This document shows positions 1 to 12,162 of a stretch of 48,497 nucleotides of DNA, piece after piece. Both the position numbers and the translations under genes were made by a program. Numbering within the stretch: the stretch's first letter is position 1; the number at the start of each line of letters is the position of its first letter. The DNA is from Paraglomus brasilianum (lineage: Eukaryota). The notes under the pieces are model-generated. The model saw only the letters and a list, made by a program, of their open reading frames with translations, had not been told where the DNA came from and did not search any database. The stretch lies in contig CAJVPI010000150.1 in the NCBI GenBank assembly GCA_910592345.1, forward strand, positions 1 to 48,497, given 5' to 3'.

Positions 1-224
1 ATGGAATGCTATTCCAGAATCTGTCTTAAACAATTTAGTAAACTCGATGCGACGCCGTTGCGAGTTAGTTATTGAAAACAACGGTGAGCGAATTAATTTT
101 TAGCTTTAATTAAACTTATTTGGTACTTTCTGGCTTTCAAATGATGTATCGATTATTAAATTTGGTACGGTCTCGATGGATATATAATAAATTTACTACA
201 GTTAAGTTTTTTTGTCACACACTG
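1..224 (+). mobile_element. 3' end of a Tc1-family DNA transposon: transposase C-terminus (2..103) plus right TIR and TA target site
   Basis: 2..103 translates as WNAIPESVLNNLVNSMRRRCELVIENNGERINF*, a typical Tc1 C-terminus, similar to WDAISVETVNNLVLSMKKKCELVLEKNRDRIY at ~47.1 kb. 207..226 TTTTTTTGTCACACACTG|TA is the reverse complement of TA|CAGTGTGTGACAAAAAAA, nearly identical to the TIR at 46921. Confidence 0.9.
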
Positions 225-499
225 TATATTAATATTGGCCGCATGACACAATCAAATTAAACAATAATTTTGTGGATTGGAAAATAAACATTTAAATTTA
301 TTTCGATATTTGTTGCGACCGACATTAATTTTAACTGAATTCATTTTTTGAAATAATTATTAGAAGAATTTTGCAAATTTGGTTATAAAATCAATTATTT
401 GCATTTTCAAAATGTCCTGACAAGACTGCAGGAATTTGTGACACTGATATTTACGATCAGAAAATATCGCCAAATATTTTGATGAGATTCTGCTAAATG

Positions 500-516
500 C
501 CCCCCCCCCCCCCCCC
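500..516. repeat. C17 homopolymer (G17 on minus strand)
   Basis: Directly visible run of 17 C. Confidence 0.95.
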
Positions 517-2237
517 GAAATCTTCGTGGACACATCTTCACAATTATGTGACGAGCTGCTAAATTTTTTTGACGACATTGTTTTACGATATTATACAGAC
601 CTCGCAGTAACGTCGTAGCATTATATACAGTATAAACAGATCGCATTCACCTCGCTTTGCTAAAAACATTACTTGATTTTCACGGATAAGAGTGGAACTA
701 TCTTGTTGTACCACATGCACATCAGGTAATAATACATCGACAGTCTGTAAATGCATTTACTGTAATGCCGAATGCGATAAATGTATCAAATAACATTGAG
801 CGAAACGCGATCAATAATTCAACTATGATTTCGAAGATAACCAAGTAAGAAATTAAACCGCTGAATAGTTTTATTTGTTTGTGAACACCTTTTAATTATT
901 ACCAACTTGTAATCTTTTTAAAAAAATGAAGATTCCGTGATTAGTACATATATGTACGTGTTATGTATGTAAAGTGAGGGCAAAATGTGAAATTCGAGTC
1001 TTACTCTATTGGCCTGCCGCTAGAGTTTTCTCATATAATTTGATATACAGCTTGTTACTGCAACAAAACATGTCATTTACTTGTGTACCAACTGTCATCT
1101 CAGTTTCGTTGTTACTAGCAGCTATATTACTATCGCTGTGTCGAGGAATCTCTATCTCGCAAAGAGCGTCTTAACAGATTCTTTACAGTTAGCAAAGAGA
1201 TATTTATTCATAACTAATAACTTGCCTACTATTGTACTGTAATATTGAGGATACAAGCGGTAAACGCAGAATCCGAAATAATAATGAGAAGAGTGATACG
1301 TGGATTGTAGCTGGGTCAGGGCTCCGACTTTAAGCGATTGAATGCTGGAGTTAATCCTCACCAACTATCGTGCCAGCTAACACGGGGAACATGTAAAATG
1401 TACTGCTTGTTTATGCTGTATTTGCTTTACGTCAGTCAGTTTTTTCCCGGAAAAGCATGTTATACTATTGTCTAAATCTATCAACTTGGAAATTTAAAAT
1501 GGCTTTTTTTTGTACAATGCACGTCAAACATGTCATCAAGATTCGTTCAACAATATTTTGTGACAAACGTTAGCATCTATAATCTAACAATTTTAAAACT
1601 GGGATGATTATTATTGTTGTTATTATTATTATACACTGATTACTTGCAGATTTTCATCGTAACGCTTTTGTGTGTATTCCAACCAAAAGTTTAATATAAA
1701 TGCGCTTTTCAGATACACGTTTCCAAATAAAAAAGGATTTCAGACAACTAGTACTAGTACATATAGTATGTTGGGGCCTTTTTAGCGAATCCGTAGCTTA
1801 TCAATGGTTGTATAACTTGCGTTATTAACCGTAAGTTAAAAGCTGAAATAACAATTTTCTTAACGTTCGGAAAGCTGGAGACGCTGCGATAATACGTGTA
1901 ATTATAACAATGGGAAATATCGCGCAAACAAGCTCTGCAAGTTAACGTTTAATATTTCATTGGGCACATGCTATCCAAATCTTTATTCCGCAGATTTAGA
2001 TACCAAAATTAATTTACGCAATAAAAATACAAAGAAAGGCGTTGATCGCATTGATTGTCGACAGAAAACGACTATATCTATAGCGAACATCAGATATACG
2101 CTCTAGTTATAGATCTATAAGAACATCTACTCTAACTGTGTACAATTAAATTAAATAAGACGCGCCTAGCTGAACTTTAAGGGCATCTAGCAGAAAATAA
2201 TATTGATGCTGGATGCATATTCAGTAACACTGCGACA

Positions 2238-2646
2238 TTATGGTCCTTTAATAAGGCCATTGACGTAGTCCTTAGGTTTGTCAAGAGGCTTTGTACCATC
2301 TTCAAGTACGGCACCATCATCGAGTTGACCCTTACCAGATATAAAGTCGCCCAAAAGTGAATTAACAACAGGAGGTTTCTTGTTCTCCTCTTTCTTCTTC
2401 TTCTCTTCCTCTGCCTTTTTCTCTTCCGCTGCCTTTTTCTCTTCCGCTGCCTTTTTCTCTTCCGCTGCCTTTTTCTCTTCCGCTGCCTTTTTCTCTTCAT
2501 CGCCATTAGTTATATTAGGCTTGGGATCGGGTTTCGGAACATCAGGTGGATTATTATCAGGTGGATTATTATCAGGTGTATTGGGTTTAGGGTTAGGATC
2601 GGGGGTATCTGGTTTAGGGGTATCTGGTTTAGGGGTATCGGGTTTA

Positions 2647-2678
<32 letters not shown>

Positions 2679-3257
2679 GAGGAGGGGCAGGTTTAGGGTC
2701 AGGAGCAGGAGCGCCATCAGCAAATTCCCATGATATCCGGACACGTCCAGCACTTGGGTCTGCAATATGGTTAAAGGCAGCTGGGGAGAGATCCAAGTCA
2801 CCAGGTTGACATTCTGGACATTCATCAACTACAGTAACAGTTACGCTTCCATTTGGACCTTTAATATTGATGCGAGAACCACATATAGGATTCTCGTTAG
2901 GGTTATCACCGCCACCAAATTGCGGTTTGTTCTAAATCACAAAAGATACTTGTTAGAGACATGTCAATTCACTACTATTTGAGTTTAATAAATAACAGGT
3001 GCAATCATTATGTAGACTAATTCAAAGCTCGGCATATGACTATACATGCTGATATGTGTATTATGTGATAAAGTAATCCAGCAACTTACCAAGGCGCAAA
3101 TTAAATCGTCGTTTGTATTGGTTCCTCCACAAGCCCCGAGTCCAACACTAAAGAAAGTGGCGTCGCCACTGAAACCCCTGCGCTGTATTGGAGCAGCTTT
3201 AACTGAATTAATAACAAGAATTGCTGTTGCCAACAGAGTAAATAGCCGTCGAGCCAT
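2238..3257 (-). CDS. Secreted expansin-like / RlpA-like double-psi beta-barrel (loosenin-type) protein with Pro-rich and charged repeat tail; frameshift at G9 run 2647..2655 as assembled
   Basis: Exon1 3090..3257 (signal peptide, FSGDATFFSVGLGACG...ICAL), GT-AG intron 2932..3089, exon2 from 2931 (NKPQF..NPNENPICG..GSVTVTVVDECPECQPGDLDLSPAAFNHIADPSAGRVRISW), which carries the DPBB motifs. This frame stops at TAA 2644..2646 after poly-Pro (151 aa). Removing one G joins it to the PKPDT/EEKKAA frame ending at 2238. Confidence 0.88.
2411..2498 (-). repeat. 18-bp coding tandem repeat x~5 (EEKKAA)
   Basis: Unit CTGCCTTTTTCTCTTCCG starts at 2411, 2429, 2447, 2465 and 2483 (last copy partial). 15-bp PKPDT repeats and (GGA)10 lie nearby at ~2600-2685. 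Confidence 0.95.
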
Positions 3258-6218
3258 TTTAATCTTGTTTTATTTGTAACGTTTTGAAGTTTAAACAGAG
3301 GATTTATCCAGTCTATGGATATTCCAATCGAATAGTAATGAAAGGAAGGAAATAGGGTTTCGGGAATAGGGAGCAAAACGTAAAAGAATGAATGATAATG
3401 GGGGCGGGTCGGGAGAAGGTAGTAACACTTCCCTCAGGAAAAGGAAAATGAGAATTCAAAGGATTGAAATTAAAAACCGTATGCTAAGGAAACCATGGCT
3501 TTTATTGAATTCTAGTTGTTGAGTTGAGACATTTAGTGTAACGCAGACGTTGTGTCTTTAATACAATCGACTGAATGAAAGAAAAGTAAGAAACTGTTGA
3601 TATTGGTCAACGAAGAAATTGATTATTTCTTAAAAGGGAAATAACGAATTAAGTTTAAAAGTAGTGAGATGTACTGTGATACATGTCATCCAACATTGTA
3701 ACACATAGCGATTGGCCTAATTTTTGGAATATGCTAGGACCATTCGCATTTTGTAATTTAATATTATGCTACGTTACGCTATGCACCTATTGTTAATCCT
3801 TGTCATCCTGCCGAGCTTTCGAGGTTATTGTAAAGTAATTCTTGTGAGAAATTTCTTGAGCAATGATACCACGCATGAGATTGACCAATGGCGAAGCTTG
3901 GAAGCTTCCTTGGAAACTATCGTCCCCCAAGAATTTCCTAATTGGCGCTCTTTATATTAGGTGATGTTATACTGGATAGAACATGCAATATTTCGCTCCA
4001 TATACAAGAACACTTTGGAAATTATTGTGCAGGGCAATTTGCATGGTCTGGGGATTCAGAGGGGGTTTGGAGCGTTTCCTGGTAATTTAGTTTATTGGGT
4101 CCAAAAAATGTTGATGTTCTCTCGATTAATATTAATCGGACGTCTGAAAAAATGAAGGTCAAGGCTCGTTGATCGTAACTTTTGCTGCACGTCATTATCG
4201 CATATTTCATGTGATTGAATTGGCAAATTAAAATGTGTTATGACCAAAATAAAAGCTCATACCATCAATAGTTAAGTAGTGTTTGTAATTTGTGTAAAAT
4301 AAACAAACACAAGTTGGACATATCGATTCCAATTATGCGAGAATAAATTGTGTTCCGATTTTCCATGGGAGATATAAGTATAACTAATATAGAATATCCC
4401 GTATGTCAGTGACTGTGAAGGTTTTAAACTTATTCATGCATACGAAAAACGCCAATGCATGCATGATAAATAAACGGAAATTTTCATTGACTAATGAATA
4501 AAATTAGAGGTCCATAATAAATTATTTCGATTGAGTTTAGAACAACGACGGTTCTATCGACAAATATCAATGTGAAATTGATAACAATCGATTGCGGAAT
4601 GTCGCATGGGATAATTATGCAGTAAATAGCAATTCGAGGCTTACTCCCAATAACACAACACGTCTTGATTTTATTTTGAACAACAACAACGACAACACAA
4701 TACTTGTCTTATGAGCATGATGCCAAGTGATTATGGTTTTGAAGATTTTTCTTCCACCAATTCTTGTCATACATTGCATCATACTATATTATATCCGTGA
4801 TTCAGTGAAGTTTTCAAAGACCTAACATTAAAAAAGTGTTTGCATTATGTCGGGGATTCATGTATCGAATTTATGTAATCCTAGCAAATATTCTGCTTTC
4901 AGTGGTTTCATTCTGAATAGATATTTTTGCCCTGATTATTAAAGTCTAGAGTTGCAATAATAGCGACCAGGCCACATGTAACAGTAATGTAGTTAGATTG
5001 GTGCCGTATATTTTGTTTATCGGCTACACCAGCAAACAATAAATATAACTGCCAGATAGCGATAACGACGATGGATCAGACGATCGCTGCCAAAACAACA
5101 ACAGTAATAAATTTCGTAAAACCTGTTCCAATATGTTACATTTGTGTAAACTTGGAATTTCTTCGTGTTATACCGTTCCTAACTAAGATAATGTTGGTAG
5201 TTATGCGAAAATATCATGCTTAGATTATGTTGCGTTATATCAATCAATATGGCAGACATTCGAATTATTAGCCATTGTTTCCGACAGCATTCAAATAGTC
5301 TCGTACAAGAAGGGATAGAATTTGTTTGTCTGTTTGTCCAGCAAAATGTGACAAGAGATGTTTGGAGGTTTATGAAACAAACATTTGAGTAGTTGCGGGA
5401 AAACGTTGCATTTAATGGCTTATAATACGCGCCATTTAGATTATAATCATCACTATTTGCAAAAGTTTTTTGACAGTCGGTCAACTTGCAGAAAGCCCTC
5501 GACTCTTGTCTATTATTTAAATTATAATGCTTGTCTAACAGTTTTTTCAACCTTTGTGGACCAAGAACGGCACTGTTTGTATATTTTTACATGAATTACG
5601 CACAGAATATGTGTGTAAAGCCGCATAATGAATTTAATCCCAAGTTTCCTGGTAAAACAAATTGCTAGGTCTGCAAAAAAGTGGCAATGAAAAAGATACT
5701 AAATACACATAATAAAGAAGAAATTAATTCGATTGATACTATAATAATAATCGTACTAAATTGTGCCTATTACTATTACTATTACTATACAATGGTATTA
5801 CAGAATACGTAAATTACAATCTAAACCTGAAAATCATTTCAGTTGCGATGTCCTATAAGGTATTTTTATTTACTTTCTTGATTTTTTTTCACTTTGGTGA
5901 AATATTTTGACAAGGTTTTAACATCTTTCTACCGCGCGCAGCTAGATTGGTTTAGCCACTAATATTAGTTTCGATAACCTGATGCTCTTGCTTTTTTAAC
6001 TCCCTTAACACTGGTTAAGCTTTCTAGGACAATTGAACGATACGTCTATATTATATGCTCACCACTATTCTCTCTTAGGGACGAAGCAGAACTACAGGTG
6101 CGAGGAAGACATGTATATGGAAACATAAGCGACTAACTTTTTGATTAATATCACTAAATTAAGTACAAATTGAACATTGAGCGAAGTTGCTAGTAATCTA
6201 ATGAATTATTATGAACTA

Positions 6219-6852
6219 TTATCCATACCCTTCTTGCCGTATAAATATTTCTCGGATGGATCGTAACATACCAACAGTAGGCATTACTACACAATTCCGG
6301 CACTTGTACATCTCGGACCCTCTTATTTTTTGAACGCTCCCACACCAGCTGCAAGTTTAGGCCTCGTTTTGGATAATAACACGGATAGTGGCACCAACAG
6401 AGCATTTTGCGAACGGTTTTTCGTGTTATCTTTCTTGTTTTTCGATTTACCATGTTCGACATCTCAAAAGGAGGGATGACAATGGCATCGAATTCGCGAG
6501 TAAAAAATGCGACACTCTTTTTATGAACTTTGCCTTATCAAGTCGCAAGGCCTGCTGCTGTTGTCCTGATCTTGCGCTTTTTTCCTTGTTTGGGATTCTC
6601 GTTGGGCGACTCTTCTTCATTGCTTGATTGCAAGGATATTTTGGGAAAGTTCGTGCTCGTCGGAGGTCGCTTCGTTGACGAAAACCATGAATTTTGTAGT
6701 ATTGGGGGGGGGTTGCGGCAGAGTTGGTCACAATGGGTAACCACAATTTCTGAGACCATGCCGCGACTTTTCCGTTCCAATAAGGTCTTAAGTTCGTAGG
6801 TTGCGGAGCTGAGGACCTCCTTTTGCTTGAACCCTTTTTTGGTGGTTAGCAT
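6219..6852 (-). pseudogene. Fanzor2 (IS607 TnpB-derived RNA-guided nuclease) relic, internally deleted and frameshifted
   Basis: Ordered motifs across frames: PPKKGSSKRR..RPYWNGKVAAWSQKLWLP (6845..6735); LQNSWFS (NSWFS 6693..6679); VHKKSVAFFTREFDAIVIPPFEMSNMVNRKTRKITRKTVRKMLCWCHY (6528..6385); RVIIQNEA*TCSWCGSVQKIRGSEMYKCRNC (6383..6291); IREIFIR. These match the Fanzor2 pattern HKK..D.I.IP.FE.S.MV..RKI..KT.R.ML.W.HY / EAYTSKTC..C..GS...C..C. RuvC-I and the DRD motif of RuvC-III are absent. Confidence 0.85.
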
Positions 6853-7745
6853 TGAGGGGAGAGATTATGTGTTTACGATTTTGATTTTCAAATGAGCAAA
6901 ATATTGCAATGGTTAAGGATAATGTCTTTAAATATGTTTATGGCGCATGAAACATGCAATCTCATATGGAGCCTGTGCTTGCGTTGAATGAAGCTATTGT
7001 CTACGAAACGGTTCTGAAGCTTTGACTACGAGCATACAACTCTCGGCAATATTACGCCGACCATAAAGGCTCCAAAGATACAGTGCGCGAAAAGGTTTTT
7101 GGAATAAAATGCATAAACTTTATTTCCTTCCAAAATACGCGTCATGTGTACTCAAAGTTTGATTTGCATATAAAAATTTTCTTTTGACAGCCGTTAAAAG
7201 GCCAAAAGCATAAGTCTTGATTGAGTCCGTTTATTTGTTCAATTCTTTTAATTCACGACCTTTATTTGACAATAATAAGTACACGCGCCCTGATCCAAAT
7301 AAATAGATGCTTTAATCTTGGGAACTACTACTGTCTTTAATATGCTGTCAAAGAAACTTGACGTATATTTTTCTGATGTTGAACGGCTCTATTATATTGC
7401 GCATGTACTCCTATTGCTTTACTTGTCAAAAGGATTTGACGAGGAATGTTTGAACATAAAGTAAGAGCTTTGTTATACTTACAAAACCTACTAATAGCAT
7501 CCTTCCATAACTAGTTAACAAAATGTGAAAAATTGTGAAAAACGCAAAAAGAATCGTTTGTAACACCTGAATTTTCAGGAAATATGTATTTACTGTCTGA
7601 ATTTCTCGAAATAGTGCGAGTAACACTGACCATCACTTCATCATACTTCTCCAGTTATTATCGTTGTGCCGTCTGCTTGTGAGGATAACTGACTTAAATA
7701 CGTTTCGTCAATATTTCATTCTCGTGCTTCTACAGGGCCTCAAAC

Positions 7746-9406
7746 TCAGTTGTGTTCAAATACGGTCGTTAAAGTTGAGCGTGTCGCTCGATTGACTGAT
7801 GTACGATCGCCACGACTAGTTCTGCATGCAATTGTGGCCGTATTTAATTGTGAATCAGGACTACTCAAGCTGTATCTCTGATGTGTTCGATCAATAGATT
7901 TCTTTACAGTTACTTGATTGCTTACGCTAGGCTTTTGTCGAGTTTTTCGATCGACGGTTGTGCTTAATCGACTGAGCGCTCTAGTTGATAGCGTATTGTT
8001 GTCGACCAAACCAGTTATGTAGTATCTCGGATAGACAATCATAATCATCAACACCCAAAGTAAGAAGACACCAAAGTTGAATACTGCCATTAGCAAATCT
8101 GGCCAGAATATCATCGTGGCAAAGTGTGATTCCCTTATAAACATGTTCAGACATAATAAAATCATGCTTACACACAGCGCTGCGATACCGATCATAAGAT
8201 ATTTGTTCATTTCGATAAAATACGTGAGTTGAAATATCGTTTCGCGTATGGTTGGATTCTCGCGTACGACAGCGAATAGCCGTCGCATTTTCCTGTCATT
8301 ACGCAACTGAATGTGGTGAGAGATTGATTGGTTAGTGACCCAATAGTAAACGCAATATCAAATAGTTGTGAAACTTACCGCAATCATGAATAAGACTGTT
8401 AATTGAATGGAGAAGACAAACTCGGGGACTGTCTAGGAAACAATCAAAATCGGTTTAATAATTACAAAACATGTAAATGCCCCAACTGCGTTAATGGCTA
8501 GTTGTTGATAGTGAAGGTTACCAATTGAAAACACAAACCTCAGACAAGTACGTGGGATTGTAACCTTTCGATATCAAGAGTGATGCAGGTAGTATAACCG
8601 CAGACAACACAACCCAGACAAAATAAATTTTAAGCTCTAAAGATCCAACAAACGGTGCATTTCCCCATTGACTGGCCAAGTGACTCCAAAATGCTTGCAC
8701 TAAATATAGTGACCCTGTTTGTGCAGAGAAACAGAAACATAACAAAAACTGCATCACTGTCCGAATTCTCTGATGGGTCTCGGACCACATATCAGCTGGT
8801 CTTTCTACTACTTTGTAGTCTCCATTAGCGCTTGATGAGACATTGTCTGTGGGTATTGGTTTCCATTCAAGACCGTCAAACTTGATCGCGATGTAAGCTA
8901 ATTAAATGCAAAGAGAAGTCAGAAAAATGTAAATGTAAGACTTTTGAAACAGTAAATAAAACATCTAAGACTTACATTCGTCATACCTCAGTATAACAAA
9001 CGATACGTCATATACCTGCAATTTACAACAAATATCGCCTGTTATCAAAATAGTAATAAACCGCTATGTCGAGTAATATGATATATATATAATCATATAT
9101 TTATACTTACTATTTGTAAAGGCAAAGTAATGAGGATAAAGCAGGCAATCATAGACTTTAATTCCAGTCTTTTTAAATGATGTAATCGTAAACTTTCGAA
9201 TCTGTCCGTAGCCCAGATGCGTTGTATGAACCATGCCCAAATCCATATCTCTGCTATCGCCCGTTCTATGTTAATCAATGAATATCGTCCGTGAATTGAA
9301 TACAAAAGATGAAAGAAAGAAGAAAGCACAGTTCTCAAGTTCTCGTCTTTAAACGAGCACACAAGATACTTTGTTACTTACCAATGTACGTCATGTCATT
9401 ACCCAT
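7746..9406 (-). CDS. Orphan seven-transmembrane protein (~397 aa, GPCR-like topology)
   Basis: Six phase-consistent GT-AG exons: 9382..9406, 9111..9265, 8976..9015, 8539..8897, 8379..8432, 7746..8306 (1194 nt). Seven hydrophobic segments by eye, then an S/T/R-rich tail. Confidence 0.85.
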
Positions 9407-11393
9407 CTGACCTTGTTGTTTCTTGCGCTAATTCAATGTGTTTGTATCTGATTTAACCTATTAATAAATGGTTTTACAGTCTACATAAACACCTGCTTTG
9501 TTCTTATCGCCGTTTAAAATTTAGAAATAGACGTTCATGGCACTCGTTGAAATTTGATGCAATAAAGAGGGAAAAAATAGACAAAGCTGGACAGGCAGTT
9601 CTTTATCTCCCAATTTGTACCTTTTTCGACTAGTCATGAACGGTTCAAACCATTCATTCTGTCATTTCAATTCCTAATACGGATCTGAATTGAAGTTATA
9701 GCATGCCATGGACAGTGAGTTCAGAAAATGGCAATAACGTGGAAATGAAGCTTATTCGCAATTATTAGTATTAGTATTAGCAAAAGCGTAAATATCGTCG
9801 ACCCCATTATGGTTTTTTCCCCATCCTCGATAGCGTACCGAGACATTTTTGGAAGATCGTTTCCGATGTCACATGGTTTGGTTTCACCTTGGGTATGGGA
9901 TCGTTATACTGTATCACGTTTTAATATATTGTGCAGAAATAACACCCTCCACATTTTTTTATCGGATTGCGCCGTATTTGCGTCGCATATGTATACTCTT
10001 AAAGTCGTGGCTGAGGATGGTGTACGAGTCTCTACTTGTGCATCGAACGTCTATGCTATAGTTATTCTAACTTTATTTCTCACTTATGCTTCTGTGATAC
10101 CTGCCGATTATTTGCATATTTAAAACGCTTATGCACATGTGACCCCCTCACCTCACCCCGCAGAGATATCTCGATTATAATTACATTTCTCGAGTGTCAT
10201 TATTATTATCAGGACTGCAAAGGGGTTAGGTTGGCTTAAATACACAGAGAAGCCTCCCTCGTTCATTCGTAACTAATGAAATTGTTTGTTTGTTTCCATT
10301 CTGTTGCGCTATCTAAAACTTATTCAGTCTCTGTCTACCCCAATACGTTTTACATTGATACACATGATTATTCACGCATCCCGAAGAATGATGCACATGT
10401 CAGAACAAATCAACGATCCATAACGTAATTTAGTATAATAGTTGTTTCTTCGATCATTAAATAAAAAGTAGGTTGGCCTATATCGGATAATGCATTGTAA
10501 TAGAAGTAACAACATGTGTCATATATTATGGATGTCTGGTATCAGCTGTAAAAGTGGCTTATTGTTTGTTGATTGTTTTCTCAAAGTTTATTTTTGGTAT
10601 TTGGTTTCTTTTGTTCGTATTTACGTCATTTCGCATAATGTCGGATAAAAAGTTTCAAAATTAATAAACGCAATTATGGAGAGAGATACACTATATGACC
10701 ATCTTAATTGTTTTACCTAGTTGGAGTCGTGCACTCGTTGTCACAATATAAATAGATCAAATCAACAGTAATCCCGATCGCATTATCTTCTTGTCCAATA
10801 TAATTGCCTAATTCAGGGTTAAACTTGGGGAAAAGGGAAAGATATTCATCATATCTTTAATGCGTAGATGCATATTATTATCTCAATTTAGCAAAGATCC
10901 GTCACGTCTGGAAGTCAATTGTCTCGTTACGTCTTCAAACATACCTCTCAGGTTAACGTATTGATTGACGCGACTGAGAGACCATCCAACATCTAATTTT
11001 CAACATGGTTTTTGCCGAAATGATTGGAGTTTATTCAATCACAAAAGTTTCCAAATGGGGCAGTGGATACAGCATGATCCTACATAATTTTGCTTCCAGG
11101 TTCGAGAAGACGAGTAAATCAAACGATGCACGCGACATGTGACAAGTAAATGTGGTACTGCTTTTCCCCCTCTCCTGTGTTCCACCAACAAATGTTGCAT
11201 GCAAGACAGGGTGAAAGTGAGTTAGTGCAAGGGGGGCCTTAGTTTCCTCTATCTTATCAGCTTATTCCGATAGTTTTCTTGTGGGTAGACTGATCTCTCT
11301 GACTGGCTATATGGCTTGCATGCATGTTCGTGCGGACGGCGTAGTAGATAACGAATTAGGAAAATTAGGAAGAAGTTAAAAGTATAGGCTACG

Positions 11394-11453
11394 GATACAT
11401 GGTGATAGATACATGGTGATAGATACATGGTGAGTGATAGATACATGGCGATA
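11394..11453. repeat. 14-bp tandem repeat GATACATGGTGATA x~4
   Basis: Directly visible; one copy has a 4-bp insertion and the last has a T>C change. Confidence 0.9.
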
Positions 11454-12162
11454 TACAATGGTGTATATATTGTTGTTGTAAAGAATATTAAGGAGTATAA
11501 AAAAACTCTACTTTGAAACATATTTGGTGATTTCCATTAAGCCATGTCAGCCCTATAGACAGATCTAGCTCGATGTATCTGTTCGAAAAGAGACGCCCGC
11601 ATAAATAGTTCTCTTGAGCACGTGCATCTTCATCAACGCATTAAAATATGTAATGTCTTTCTATGTATTCATTGATGCGGCTCGGTGTTTCGGGACCAAT
11701 CACCGTGTGTGCATTGGCCAAGAATCGGGTAAAGTGACATCATAGTCTGAAATAAATTGGCTATGATAAATAGTATTATAATAAATAACAATCTATTTAT
11801 TGTTATTAAGTATTTATGTAACAGACGCCATCCGTTTAATCATTATTATTCTAATTATTAGTATTTGTTGTACTCACTATTCGCTCTCCCAATGTCGTAT
11901 TGTGTCAAAGTTCGCAACAAGCTCATAAACCCAACCCTGACACAATTCCCCCATCGGCTTTTGTTCCCCCTCGGTGACACTTTTCATAGTGCACAACAAC
12001 ATTCCTTACGTTATTTTTTACGACTTACGCATGGTCCTTGTGCTGGATTAGATTGTCTTGATTAACAATAAATTGACAATTCCCGAAACATAACTTTGTG
12101 AATAAATTGTTGCCATCTGATAGACAGTCGACTTTCTTTTACTCGGACAATACCAATTCCCC

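Noticed and set aside
2177..2733. ORFs 2177..2506 (-, KRKRQR repeats) and 2380..2733 (+, FFSSAA repeats)
   Set aside because: Alternate-frame and antisense shadows of the expansin tail repeats.
4800..5700. Hydrophobic and protein-like minus-strand stretches including ORF 5179..5550
   Set aside because: Possibly a decayed gene, but with multiple stops and no motif I can assign.
6853..7400. Searched for an IS607 TnpA serine recombinase upstream of the Fanzor2 relic
   Set aside because: No YxRVS or other resolvase motif and no suitable open frame was seen.
11394..11453. Short tandem repeats here and at 15017, 38414 and 45654 considered as CRISPR-like arrays
   Set aside because: No series of unique spacers of regular length, too few units, no cas genes, eukaryotic context.
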